From contig JAYWIR010000011.1 in assembly GCA_036172245.1 (NCBI GenBank), positions 1,860,001 to 1,924,000 on the forward strand: a DNA stretch of 64,000 nt, in the 5' to 3' direction. Below are positions 1-13,136 of this stretch, piece by piece. This DNA is from Raillietiella orientalis. Taxonomy: Eukaryota. The position numbers were made by a program, and so were the translations under genes. The notes under the pieces were generated by a model. The model did no database searches. It saw nothing but the letters and a program-made list of their open reading frames with translations, and had not been told where the DNA came from. Every line of letters starts with the position of its first letter. Position 1 is the stretch's first letter.

Positions 1-56
1 TCCAGATATGATTTTCCTTTTAGTTTTCGTTTTTTTTTTTTTTTTTCTTCCCTCAG

Positions 57-1480
57 CGGCCTCCGAGCAGCTCCTTTCGGCGAAGAACGAACTCTTCGGA
101 GGGGAGCGGTGGTTTGACGGATGATCGTTTGCTCCAGCCGCAGCACCTGTTGGCGGAAGGGAACGCGCGTCTGCCGTGGCATCTTTACTCGACGATGTGG
201 CGATGCGCTGCTCGCTATCGAGATCCAAGTGCGAGCTGGCGTCGAAGGAGAACATCTCGCGCGTATGCGCTGGGCGCTGCATGACGTGGCGGAAACACCG
301 CGGATCCTGCTGTGTGTGGGCGCACGCGCGCGCTCCCCTCTTTCTTTTCCCTTCGAGAAAGAGCTCTCCCAAAAGGTCCCCGGAACGGTTTCTCCCGTAG
401 GAAGGGGAGGGGGAGAAGCTTGCGAAGCAAGGAAGAAGAGGAGCGAAATTGGAACGTTCAAGGATGGCTCCTGGCGAGAGCGTGCATCACTCGTGGACGC
501 TCACGAGCCGAAGGTCCGGAAGCGTGCCGCGACAGCTCTCAAGCCCGTCGCAGCCAAGCAGGGATGCTTTCCCTTCAGTATGCCGTCCGCTGCCCGTTCC
601 GATGCTGTAGAAATGCTTGGACGGCATGCAGGAGTAGATCCGGTGTTCCCGAAAATCAGCTACGCTTTCCCGACAGTCTCTCGGGGGGGACGAAGCTTCT
701 GAACATCTGAACGTTCCCTTCCCGCGCTCCGAAACCTTCCACCCGCACCCCACGCGAACCGTCCGGCATTCCTTGAGTTTACTTCGATATGGTCGCTCTT
801 GTTGATTGCTGCCCTTTTCTGCCCGCAGGCAGGAATAGAGACCCCGCGTTCGCTGGGGTTCGAATGCGACCCTCTCCCGCTACGGATTTCATGCCCATTC
901 GTGTTACCCGCTGCTGCCAGAAGGACTCGGGCAGTGCATTCCACGCGTTGGCGAGCGCAGCGCCCGTGGGTGCGTCCTCGTTTGAAGAAGATGAAGCTCG
1001 GGCAAGCGACCTGTGGTTCCCGCATTCGGAAGGTGTAACGATGGTGGTGCTGCAGGATGCCCCACAAAAGACGTAGATGGCTCTCGCCTGTAGGAAACCA
1101 TCACACAGACCAGCAGGAAATAGTCATGCCCTCTCGTGGCCGGCGTCGTCCATCTTCGCACTCTTCATTCGGCAAAGAGCGTTCGAGACTATCCATCCGT
1201 CCACGAGGCGCCGCTCAGGGAGGGCACCGCCCATCAGGAAACGCCTGCACCACTCTCGCTCCACCCCGGAGCGGACGGGAAAGGCGCAGGTCAGGACGAG
1301 CAAGCGAACCGACGATGCCGAAGGAGAACTGGGTCCTCGATGTCCCAGGTCCGGACATCCTCCTTGAAGGATCCACTCTGGACTGGGTGCGTCGTGGTCT
1401 GCGAGTCTCCAAGCGATGGCGCCAGGGTGGCTCTAGCAATTCGGGTGTGCGTTGGCGTCATCCCGCTTCGCGCGCACCTC
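57..1480 (+). mobile_element. Decayed Ty3/Gypsy LTR-retrotransposon pol fragment (RNase H to integrase)
   Basis: Degenerate motifs occur in canonical order across shifting frames: LTDDRLL (~LTDHKPL), EIQVRAG (~DIQYRPG), NVQGWLLARACIT (~SVQDGCLLWGSRVVIP), VYFDMVAL (~VHIDFAGP), DSGSAF (~DNGSAF), WFPHSEG (~YHPSSNG), GVRWRHPAS (~GRVWRRHVDQ). No intact ORF or LTR found. Confidence 0.55.
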
Positions 1481-3332
1481 CGGAGCGTGAAAGTGAAAGC
1501 ACACCCCACGAGGCGGCGTTGTAGAGCTGTTCCGAGGCGCCCCCAGGGGTTGAAGCAACGAGGCCTTAAAGCCGAGAAGAGCTGGAAGGCCATGGAAAGC
1601 AGCAATTGGGGTTACCATCATCGTCCTTGGACCAATAGCGGCAACCTCTTCCTGAGGTCGCTCGTGGCGTCGTGAAAGGGCCGAACATCGCGAGGGAGGC
1701 GCAGCGAGCGCAGACGTGGCGAGTTTTCCCGCCTTCCGGGAGCCGCGTGCGTGCGCGCACGCATGCAGTGATCGGCGCGTTCCCCCACGCGCGCCGGCGC
1801 GCTCGTTCCTGCGTTTTCCCAGCGCAGCCGCGCCGGAAGCGCATTCCCCTTCCCACTGGCGTGCGTAGGCGGCTTGCGACGAAGGGATTGGGGCGTGGAA
1901 GTAGGGAGGCGATCTCCCGGAACTGCCTACGTTCGTCCGTGCACCTCCGGGTCGCCGGCCTCCGGCGTGCGCGGTCTGGGGACGGGGGCGCCATCTCGCG
2001 AACCGCCGAGTACCTCCAGGCACGATAGAGGGGAAGGGTGCAGATGCGCGAGCGTGCTGGAGCGGAGGACCTTGACAATCGCGGCGAGAGTCCCCCGCTT
2101 CGCGTGGAGAGGTTGGGAAGAGATGCCAGCGATGGCGGCCTCGACGAGAAGCGGGAGGTGGGAGGAGGAAGAACTCGATGAACCCGATGGCCCACCAAGA
2201 AACTCTCGTTCCTCGACCCCAGCACGAGAGGACCTGCCGGCCAGAGCAGCGAACAGGAAAGCATCCTACGGGTGCTGCGGAGGAGGCAAGCAGCGTTTCT
2301 CGGGAAGGTGCAAGGAGCGAAGTAGTAGGAGGCACTTCCCCGAGTTTTTCTCAAGAGGAAAACAACAACAACAACAACAAAAATGATTGCTCATTTTATT
2401 TGTTCATTAACTTATTTATTCACCTATGATGTCTTTTTATTTGGCATGCGTTTTCGTTTCTTCCTCTTTTCCTTTTTTTTTTTTTTTTTTTTGATTTATT
2501 AAATTTTGTTTAATCGTCGCTCGAAGTGCCATCTACGTATTTGTTTTCCTTGCAAGGGGAAAATACATAGATGGCACCCTAGTGCCAGGAACACGAGCAG
2601 CGTGATGGAAGCTGGTTGAGACCGAACCGGGATGGGCGAAGATCGAGGACGGGAGGAGGAACACTACATGCCGCATCCTCCATGCCCATCGACAGAGGGA
2701 AGACGGGATAACGGTGGTGCCGCTAGGAAAACGTGGAGCTCCTCCATTACGCAGGAACGCCGCAGACGATGAAATGCACGGGAGGAAGGAGGCGCGCAAG
2801 ATGACAGAGTCTCCCGACGGAACGCGCTGCGCCATTGGCCTAGTGGCGGAAGCGTGGCGCACGCGCGGCGAGGCGAGCCGTCCTCCAGAAATCGCCCCAC
2901 CGCACGGCAGATCTCTGCGCCGCGACAGGCAAGATCGCTCATCCTCCTCCCTTCCTCCTCTCTCTCCTCCTACTCCCTTCCTCCTCCCCCTTCTTCGCGG
3001 CTCCGCCATCCACGGAGGCTCGGAAGGAGGATCCGCTCTCCTCCCTCTCTACCACCACGGTCACCATCGGCTCCGCCTTCTTTCTCCAAGAGGAATCTGA
3101 GGAAGGCGGCGCTGAGTGGGAGGAGGAGGCAGCCCGCTCGGCGCTTTTTCCCTTCAGGACAGGCGATCCTCGACCTCCACCACCCTTTTTTTCCGCTCCC
3201 TCCACCGGCAAAGCGAAGCCGAGGAGAACCGCCCTCGGCCTCCTCCGAGTCCAGTAGAAAAAAAAAAAAAGGGCCACTCGGGAGAGAAGACTCCTTTTAT
3301 TGCAGCCCTCCCTTCCCGAAGGAGGACCGGAT

Positions 3333-6300
3333 CTACTGGAGGGAGCAGGCGTTCTCGGCAGGAATTTCGGGTTTGGACTGGGCCTTCTTCAAGGCCCGGA
3401 CGAGCCTCCCGGAGGACCGCTGGGGCGGCGGCGACGTCGGGACGGAGCCACCGCGGGAGGAGCCATCGGATGCGGAATGCCGCGGGCGCTCCTGCGAGGG
3501 AGAGACCGAGAGCTGCCCTCCTCCGGGACCAGGGAAGTAGGCGCACGCTCGGCGGCGCTCTCTGCCACCACTCCGCAGCTTGCCCTGCGGGCGCGGTGAG
3601 CAGACCGCGGGCGCGTCCTGGTGCTCTTCTTCCCGGGCATCTCGGTCTCCGCCACTGGCTCCGGGGTCAGCCGCCTTGCCGTCAGGTCCAGAGGTCCCTC
3701 CCGGGAGGGGCGCAGGAGAACCCTCCGCGTACGACCGGCGGTCGTGGGCAGGCCGCCCCCCGCCTGCCAGGAGGCGCTGGCGGCTGCCCGCTGCGGCGGG
3801 CGCGGCGGCCCCAAGGGGACTCCCCGAACGGGAGCGGGTGGAAGAGGGCATTCCGCTCCTACCCGCCTTCGTGGCCCCAGGGGCTCCTCCGTCGTCGGGG
3901 CGCGAGCCTGGCCGCCCCCTGCGACCTGCGCTCCCGAAGTCCCTGGAGTCCTCCTGGCGGATGGGCCGCCGGCAGCCCGTCAGGACAATGAGGTTGGAGC
4001 AGTCGGCTGCCCTCCGGGGTCCGTGCCTCCGGCGGGCGTCGTCTGGGGCAGCCTGCGAGCTCAGGACCACCGGGATCTGCTCGCCCTCCGCCTTGGACTG
4101 CGGCTCCGGGTTGGTCTCGAGAGCGCCCAGCGCCCTGGACTCTTCCTCCTCGCCACCTGCCCACGCGGAGGACCGTCGGCCGTCGGCGAGGGAGGTCGGC
4201 GGGAGCTCCCGGGGTAGCGGGAAGCTGAAGGTGGGCTTGGACGAGACGGGAGGACAGCCCTTCCCCGTCACGAGAGAAAGGGGGGGCAGGTGCCCCGTTC
4301 CCGGCTGCTGCTGCTGCTTCTTCCAGGGGCCCGCTGGGAGCGGCGGGCCTGCGAGGATAGCCACTTGGTAGCCGGATGGGGCCACCCCGGCAGGGCAGCA
4401 GCTTCCGCAGGGAGGCGGGTCCCTGGAGGGCTGCCGGCCCAGGAGAGGGGGATGGACTCCGCCCCCTGCAGGAAGGGCCGCGTGACAGCTTCCCCTGTGA
4501 GAGGTCACCCACGGGTAGCCTGAGCCCCTGCACTGAGGGGGCTGAGGCGGAGAGACCTGATGCAGGGAGCTTCCGGTCACCCCGTAGGAGATGCCCATGA
4601 CAGATGGGGAGGAGGTCGAGGGGTATGGCGCGGCGGCGGCGTAGATTCCAGGGGGAGGCGGCTGGGACGACTGGACGTAGGTCAACGCGGGAGCGAGCTG
4701 ACCTCCGTAGGGGGAGTAGTGGAGGCCCGCGGAGGCCCCCGCCAGCAGCGGGCACTGGCGACCCGCGCCGCTCAGGTGCTGTTGCTGCTGCTGCTGCTGG
4801 TGGTGGTGATGGCGGTGGTGCTGCTGCTGCTGGGGGTGCTGAAGGATCCCTGCGGCGTCGGTGGCGCCGACGACGAGGTTCTGGAAGGGGGGCGGCGGCA
4901 CCACCACGCCAGCTGCCGCCGCCGCCGCCAGGTACACGGGCGTGGGGTACACGTAGTGCAAGTGGACGCTCCCGTGGACTTCCGCGGGCGGGGCAGCGTC
5001 CTCGCTCCTCGGGGGCACCCGGAACGCCAGGGGCACCCCTCGGGAAGGCGTCGGCGCCTCCTGCTGCTGCTGCTGCTGCTGCTGCGGCGGCGGCGGCAGC
5101 TTTTGGGACGCGTAGGCAGGGAACCGGGAGGAGAGATCGGCTTTCGCGGCCCGGGGCCTGGGGCAGGGCTGCGGTCCCGGGAGGAAGGCGCACTCCCAGC
5201 CCATCCTCCCCTCAGAGCCTTGCCCTTCCCCTTCCCCCGTCTCCGTCTGCCGCTGCCCCTGCTGCCGCCGCCGATGACGACGACGACTCTGCAGCTGCTG
5301 TTTCTCCTCGCCGCCTTCGCTGTTCCCGCTGCCTCCGTCCTCGTCTTCCTCCTCCTCCTCCTCCTCCTCTTCTCTTTCGTGCTCCTCTCGCCCTCCGCTC
5401 ACGTCTTCCTGCTTCAGCACTGTCCCTCTCTCCTCCTCCTCCTCTTCCTTTTCCTCGGCATCATCCTCACCATCGTCTTCCTCCTCCTCTTCCTCCTCCC
5501 TCCCGTCGTCCTCCTGATCTTCTTCTTCTTCCTCCTCCTCCTCCTCCACCTCGTCTTTGACGAATCCACGCGCGTTCTCCTCCGGCAGGCGCCACGTCCA
5601 GAGGCCGGGTCCCTCCCAGGAGCAACGGTGCCGGCCTGCGCCGCAGCAGCTCGCGTTCCATCCCTCCCGGACGCTCCGACGCGCCTTCCCCGGGTAGGCG
5701 GCGTAGGCGTGGGCTCCCGCTGTCGCCCAGATCAGCTTCAGGCTCCGGGACTGCAGCCTCTCGTGCAGGAGCAACTCCTCCTGGGTGTCGATGCGGTAAA
5801 CCGGCCGTGGCACCAGGTGGATATCCACTGCGGACACGGGACGCCTCAGCAGCTCTGCGGCACGGGAGAAGAAGGGAAAGGTGGGATTGGGTGGGGTCAG
5901 GCAGCAAGACGACTATTTCGTCATGGGCCCTCCTTGGAAGGAAGGGTCGCTCGTCCACCCTCCTTGCCCCGACGTTGGTCCGTGGGGGGAAGGAGGAGGA
6001 GAGGGTCGTGCGCGTCCTGGGGACGCGAGGGCGGAGGAAGGAGACTCCAGGACGAAGCAGAAAAAGGTCTGGTCCCGAAAGGTCAGGCGAGAGAAAGGGA
6101 AGGGGGAGGAGAAGGAGAGTGCGTGCTGCTGCTGCTGCGCCTCGGGGGCGAGGCGGCTGGAGGAGGGAGCACCTGCCCAGCGTCCCACTACCACGGGAAT
6201 CCGTCGGCAAGGATGACGGAACAGGTACGAGGGAAAGACACGCGCACGCGCGGCTGCAGATGCAGCTTCCGGTCGAGGGTGGACGACGTTGCCGGCGGCT

Positions 6301-8451
6301 GGGGTCATATCCCTTCCTTCCTTCATCCTCCTCTTTCCTCACTCCTTCCTTCCTTCTTTTCTTCCATTCCTCCTCTTCCTCCTCCTTCCATCCTCCTCTT
6401 CCTCCTCCTGCCTCTTTCCTCTCCTTCTCTTTCTCTCTTCCTTCTAATCTCCTGCTTTCGTCCTCCCTCCCTTCCTCCTCTTCCCTTCCGCCTCCTCCTC
6501 CTCCCTCTCGTGCCTTCCCCCTCCTCCATCCTTCGCCTTCCTTCTTCCTCCTCCTCCCTTTTTCTTCCCTTCCTCGCTTCCCACCTCTTCCTCTCGTCCT
6601 CCCTTCCTCCCCCACTTCCCTCCCCGTTTCATCTTCCTCCCCTCGCTCCTCCTTACCCAGGTAATCCACAGAGAAGTCCGCGGGGCTGATGTCCGTCGCC
6701 CGGAGGCAGCCCCCGCTCAGGGAGCTGATGAACTGGGGGTACTGGTACAGGATCTCGGACACCCAGTCGCTGGCCTTGGCGATCTGGGAGGCGCAGTTGT
6801 AGATGTTGGGCCCTTCGTACTCGCCGCCCCCTTGCAGCTCCGCTACCGCCGGCGACCTCGACCGCAGGATCTCCTCCGCGAAGCCGTTGAAGGAGCTGAG
6901 GCGGAAGGAGAAAGAGGAGGGGGCAGTGAAAAGGGAAGGGAGGCACACCACTCGCCCCTCCCGTGGGGAAAGGAGGAGGAGGGAGAGGAGTCGCCCATCC
7001 GCTCGCTGCCGAGAGAGGATACGGGGAGAAGAGCACCTGAGGGGAACAGAAGCTCTCCTCGCAGCCCCCTCCTTCCTGGAGCTCGCGCGACAGCCGACGC
7101 GCCGTCTCCTCGAGCAACGGGGGGCGAAGCAGGGAGGGAGAGCGATCCAGGGGGCGGTGCCGCTCCCCCTCTCCGGAGGCGCCGCCGGCCCTTCGATCCC
7201 CCCCGCCCTCCCCAAACAGCACGCGGTCCGGAAGAGTCCCCTCCGCCGCGCTGCCCCGATCCACGGCCCAACCGGGCCCTCTCCGCAGAAAACCCTCCCC
7301 GGAGGCAAGGTCAGCCGTCTTCCCCGACCTCTCCACCCCCGAAAGGGGGCTGGCATGGCAACGCGCTCCACTGCCTTGTCGCTTCCTCAGGGAGAAATCT
7401 CCCGCTCCCTGCAGGTTTCTCGATGGGAAACGGCGCTGCCGAATGGGAAGACGGGCAGGAGCGGACATCTTCCTGGAACAGGTGGGTGCGGAGGCGGAGG
7501 TCCTCCCTTTTTCTTGCAGCGAACCCGACGGGTGGCGTCCTGATCCGAGAGCGGCCGCGCGACAGACCTCGCATCCCGCACCATCATCTCTTGCAGAAGC
7601 TTCCCGCCGCCACCTTGCCGAGAGGGGCAACCCCGGAACCCAGGAGGGGCGCTCTCCGCGACCCTCCAGGGAGGGCGAGTTCGGTGGAGGCGCTCCGCCA
7701 GACAGACGGCGGCCCAGCTTCCAGAGTGTTTTCTCCGTGCTCAGTCGCGGCCGCCAGGATGCTTCCCTGGACGGCGCGTGCGCCAAAAAGAAAGAAAGAA
7801 TAATGGAGACGACGACGGCGTTCGCCTCCGGCTGGACGCCACTCGTGGCGTGCAGGAGGCTGCAGCCGCCATCCGCACGCCATCCACCTCCATCCTCCTT
7901 CTCCGGCACCGTAGCAGCGCGCGCGCGCGACCGCCGGTGCTCCGTAGTGCCGCCACCCCTGCGCTGCGGCCCGGGGCCACACTCGGCAGAGGAAGAGGAG
8001 GATGGCAGGGAGCGGGGAGGACTGGCGCCGTCGCTCGCTCCCCAAGCCCTAGCCGGCAAGGTCGGTCGAGCTCCTGGTTGCACATGCGGCAGGGCAGGGG
8101 TCAAGATCGGGGCAGCGCCTCAGAGTCAGGAGCGGGCGAGCCCCTCCTCCTCCTTCCTGCCTGCTCACGGCGTCCCCGGGTGCCTCGGGGCGGTGCACCC
8201 TGGAGTGGGGGAGCGAGGCGCACCCCCAAGGAGCCGCCGCGCGCTGGGAAGGCCTCGGCAAGCCGCGGCGCCGCAGGTGGGTCCTCCGTACTCACTAATG
8301 GGAGTCGAAGGACAGGCACCCCTCCGGCCAGGGCCGGCACTTGAAGGGGGTGAACTCGAGGTAGGCGGGCTCGTAGCAGGGGCAGCAGGGGTGGCACCCA
8401 TTGTAGTGGAAGTGGGAGGTGGCGAAGGCGGGATTCTGGCTCAGGTCCAAC
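3333..8451 (-). CDS. Uncharacterised multi-exon gene, exons B-D: 8296-8451, 6657-6895, 3333-5854. Globular-looking Cys/His/aromatic N-part, then an acidic tract, polyQ/H and a Pro/Ser/Gly-rich disordered C-terminus
   Basis: Canonical sites gacag|G...CATTA|gtgagt, ctcag|C...CTGG|gtaagg and ccgcag|AG. Phases 2-2, 2-1 and 1 join in frame (TA|C=Tyr, G|AG=Glu) into the 834-codon ORF 3333..5837. In exon B, 48 of 51 full codons end in G/C. Confidence 0.75.
6311..6655. repeat. About 345-nt polypyrimidine/polypurine tract (CCT/CTT-rich) in the intron directly after the exon C donor
   Basis: The + strand is almost entirely C/T over this span. Confidence 0.9.
7390..7800 (+). mobile_element. Decayed Ty3/Gypsy gag fragment in an intron
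   Basis: GFSMGNGAAE, DIFLEQVGAEA, HPAPSSLAE and REGEFG resemble the Gypsy gag N-terminal pattern (F.ANG..., IFLT.IGAE, HF.PKPS.IAER, LAEHCEFG). Confidence 0.4.
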
Positions 8452-10199
8452 CTGTCGGGATACGGGGACGGGAGGAGAATGACGAGGAGGAACAGTGGAG
8501 CGAGGGGAAGGACGCGCCGCCGCTGTGCCGACGGAGGGAGATGGGAGGGGGGCGCTGACCGGCCCCCTGCATCGGACCGGGAAGCCGACGAAACTCGAGG
8601 AGGAGGAGGAGGAGGAGGAAGACGGCACGGCGGGAGGGGAGGCGGGGGGAGATGAAAAGGGGAATCGAGGAGCGACGCAGGTCGAAGCTTCCGGTTTCGT
8701 CTCGGGAAACACGCGGTGGAGACGCGGGAAGGACTTCCGTCCCATTTCCGGAGGCGGCAAGCCTGGGGGCAGAGAAGTGGGTGATACCTGTGCAGGGATG
8801 CGCCCGGAGCGAGGAGGTGGAGGGGCGCAGACCGCACGGCCAACGCAGCGCTGCCTCGGAGGCGGTTCCGGCGCGCGGAAGGAGAGACGGGACGTGCGCG
8901 AACCGGAGGTCGGAGACGCGGTCAAGTGGCGCTGGGTCGAGCGAGAAGCGCAGCAGCAGCAGCACGGGAGATGCGCGCACGCACGTGCGACCCTTTATGT
9001 GTGTTTGTTTGTGTTCCCCCCCCGCTCGCCGCGCACACACTTTTGCGACTGCTGCGCACGGCGTGTGCGAGGAGGCGAGGCTGATCGATTCGCGCGCGCT
9101 CGCGCAAAAAAGAGATACGGGCCGGGAGGCGGGAAGACGTGGCAGCTCTCTCCTCGCCGCGCCGGCGGCGGGGAGCTCCCGCGCCCCGCGCGAGGTGGCA
9201 GCACTGGCCGGCGCAGGCCCGCGCGCGCGAGCGAGCAGCCAGCTCAACCATCACACGCATCCGCTCGCGGCGCCACCTGTTGCTCGCCTGTCTGCCGAGG
9301 GAGAAGCGCCGGCGGCTGCGAGCTGACGCGCGCGACGCGTGCGGAGGAGGAGGAGGGAAGTGGAGCAGCTGGGAGGGGAAGGGTGGGAAGAGAAGGCGGG
9401 GAGTGAGGCTACAGCAGCAGCGAGTCTCGCCTCCGGCGCTCGACCCGTCCCCGAGACGAGCAGCGCTTGGTGGGGGAGGGAAGCCGGGAAGAGGGGGTCG
9501 GTCGGTCGGTCGTCTCGGTCTCGAAAAAGTGGGCGGAGGGAGGTCGCTCCCAGGACGGAACGCTCCCGGAGTCCAGCCTGCCGGGAGCGGAGAACGCGCC
9601 ATCTCCCAGAGAACGGAGCGGCCGTCCCTCGTTCGCCGATCCTCGGCCGGCCAAAGGGGGGAGCATCCATCGGGAAGCCGACCGGTGTCGCGCAAAGGTA
9701 GCTGGCTGGGAGGGAGCGCGAAGGGGGAGGGAGGGAAAGGCAGGAAAGCACAGACCCTTACCTGTACCGTTTTGTTTTCGGTTACCCATCGCGCGCCCTC
9801 TTTGTTTTTTTTTTTTCTTTTTTGTCTCGCGAGCACTCCTTCCCTCCCCTCCTTCCCTTTTTCATATGGGGAACGGGACGAGAGCAGGTGCGCGTTCCGA
9901 TACGGCGTCAGCACGCGCGGGAACGTGCGGGCGTTGACGGCGAGCGCGTGCTCACTCGCGCGGTGGCGGCGGCGACGACGGTACTTTGGTGCGCGCGCGC
10001 CCCGCATTTTCTTTTCCTGCGGGCGTTTCCGAGATCGCCATTAGTGAAAACACACACACACACACACGAAACCTTGCTGCTGGCACACCCCCCGGCGGGC
10101 GTATGGCGGGAGGGAGGGAGGGGGGCGCGACAGAAGTGAGCAAGCCGGAGCGAAAGCGCCACAGCTGCCGCTCGTGTTGCTGCGGCGCCCGAACAAGGC

Positions 10200-13098
10200 G
10201 GGAGGAAAGGGGGGAGAGATCTGTTACTGGTGTTTCCGGGGCGAACCCGACCGCCGTCCCCCCCGTCCTCCGCTTCGGGAACGGCGCAGGAGCGGGGGCA
10301 GCAGCAGCCTTCCCGCCGGCGCGCGCGCGCGCCACTCCCGGGATGGTTCCCCCGTCCCGCGCATCGCGTCGCGCCGCGAGCGGAGACTTTCCCGGGCGGT
10401 CCCATCGATCACGCCCGCCTCCTCCGCGGGAGGGAAGCAGCTTCGAGCATCGCGGCGGAACCGTCCCGAGCGGAGGAGGAGAAAAAGAAAGGGAAAACGC
10501 GCGAAACAAACTCTCTCTCCCCCCTCCCCCGGCCCTCCCTTCCCTCCTTCCACCTCCCTCCCCTCGCGCTCCTTACCCGGAAGGAGCGCGAGGAGCGGCG
10601 ACCGGCAGAGGGTGCCGATTGCGCGTGGAAGATGGCGGGTCCGCAAGAGAGATGGCACGCGCGTACGTACACGCACGCACGCAGGGTGCGTGCGTGAGCT
10701 CGCGCGTTCGATGAAACGCGGGCTGCACACACGCCGGCGCAGGCACGGCACGGGCGTGGCACACACTCCTTGCACGCTCCGCCGTCGGAACGCGCGAATC
10801 AGGCGGAGTGTGTGTGTGCAGCGGCGACCCATTTTCAAGCGGGAGGGGGGTAGGGGGGGGGGGAGGGGAGGGGACGGGTGGAAGGAAGCGTGCACGGCGT
10901 GTCGGCGGCGGAGAGAAGGGAGGAGCGAGAAGGCCGAAAAGCGCGCTCGGCGACCGGGGGGAGGGGGCACCGAAGAGGGAAAGCCCCCCTCCAGGGTGCA
11001 AAGGCAGGCAGGACCCACGGATCCGAAGCTGGGAGGGGGGACCCTCCCTCCCTCCGACGAGGATCGAAGGGATCGATCCGGAACGCGCGCTTCCGCATCC
11101 ACTTTCGTCCCGAATGCCATTTCCCGATCCCCGGCGGCGGGATTAGAGCGCACGTCCTTTTATTTGTCCTCGTGCGCCCCGAGATCCTTCGAGAGGAAGG
11201 AGGAAAGGGGGGCGCTCTCGCCCGCCCCTCGCCTTTCGGACGGGATCCGGAATCCCAGCGGTTCTCCCCGGGCAACGCGAGTCCGGCGGGCGGGCACATG
11301 GGAACCCCCCGCGTTCGTCGCCAAACCCCCGTTTTCTCGCCGCCGCCGCCGCCGCCGCCGCCGCCTTTTGCTTTCCCCGGCGCGCAAGGGAGGGAGGGAG
11401 GGAGGGGGAGAGACGAAAGGAGGGAGAGAAAAGGGGGGGGGCGGAGGGAGGGAAGGCGGAGGAAAGAGACAAATCATAGAACGGCAGCTCCACGCGACGA
11501 TTTCTCCCGTCCCGGTGCTTCAACCCTCTCATTCCAAAATTTCAGGAACGGTAAAAATTAACGACGCAACGCGAAGAGGAGGGAAAGGGGAGGGGAGGGG
11601 AGGGGAGGGGAGGGGAGGGAGGTCGGATGCGACTCGGTTACATACAGACACGCATGAATTACATACGTATCCAATGTGAATTGAGCTGTGTGCCAATTGC
11701 ATCGACGAGCCCAACCGAATCGTTACGTCTGCGAGGGGAACGCCGGCGAGCGCTTAGCGCAACCGTCGCTTAAACGACGGAGGAAGATCGTTGGGACCCG
11801 CAAACTGCGATGCGGTGGTACGGGAAGAGGTGACGAGGCGCGATGGGTAAGTGGTGGTGTGGACGGGCTGCTCGCATCCGGGAGCGCGGAGGTGTGGCGG
11901 GCGTGGCTGCGTGGTGCCTCGGACAGCAGCAGCAGCAGCAGCACCGCTCTTTCTCTCCTCTCCTCCTCCTCCCTCCCCCCCCCCCCCTTCTCCTTTCTTT
12001 TCTTCCCCCCCGCCCCCGCGAGGTGCGAGGCAGGAGGCGCCGCGTGGATCGCCGCCCCCCACCCACCCCTTCCCCCCCGCTCAGCTTGGGAATGCAGCGC
12101 ACGACTGTTTGAACGCGACCCCGCACGATCGGTCGAACGACCTCGTGACGGTCTCTCTGCGTGTCTGGAAAGGAAGCCGTTTCGCCACACTCGACTGCTG
12201 GGATTCCCCACTTATCCCCCCCCCCCCTCGCCCCCCACAGCATAATGCGTTCGTCTGCGCGAGTACACGGGCGACCCGTCAAGTGGTACACCTTGCGGAA
12301 GGTGTTTCTAAGCGTCTGGAAAAGCGCAAAGCGAGCGTGCGTGCGTGCGAAGATGGATGGCACGCTCGCAGCGGTGTGATGGCCCCCCCTCCCCTCCCCT
12401 TCCCCTCCCCTCCTCCCGTCGAAGAAGGAATCGCTCGAGCTGTGGCCGCATGCACGCGCGGCCACCAACCCCTCGCCTGCGTGCGTGTCCCCTCGATTGA
12501 TGCCCCCCTCCTCCTCCCCCCCCCCCCCCCATGCAGTCGCGTGCAATGATTGAAAAGGCATCCGTCTTGAGGTACGTCCGACTTGCGGAAGCAGCGGGCG
12601 GTTCGGATGCCGCCGGATGATGGCAGTCGGCTCTCCTCCGCGGTGGGGGAGGTCCACCGCGGAGGAGCTCATTGCTGGAGCAGGCAGGGGAAGCGGAGCG
12701 GGGGGCAGTTGGGCGGCGTGGGCGTCCGCCAAGGGGGCCGAGCGCACTTTCCACGCGCGCACGTCGCTCGGCAAGAGAACCGTCACTACGCAACCCTCGT
12801 GGGCTGCTGCTGCTGCTGCTGCTGCACGGTGCAGCGGCAGGACAGACGAACAGCGACGACACTTCCATGAAGAGAAAAAATGCGTGTCCGCACCTCCCTC
12901 TCCCTCCTTTTTTTCTTTTTTTCCTGTCGCTTTTTGACAAAAACGAAGGACGTCGTGTGGAAGAATCGCTGAGGAACGACACGAAACCATGGAAACTTCC
13001 GGAAGTCTTATGGCGCGGACTCGAAGCGAAGTGACACTGCCGGACGCAAGAGGGTTCTAAACAAAAATACCTCCCTCACCATCCCCCACATAAATACA

Positions 13099-13136
<38 letters not shown>

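Noticed and set aside
57..2386. Possible + strand multi-exon gene (strong acceptor at 56/57, ORF ending in polyQ at 2386)
   Set aside because: No consistent exon chain could be built, and ordered Gypsy RNase H/integrase motifs explain 57-1480 better.
4560..6689. 709-aa + strand ORF with Leu/Phe/Pro-rich, transmembrane-looking stretches
   Set aside because: It is the antisense shadow of the GC3-rich exon D and the pyrimidine tract. Stops are rare at this GC content.
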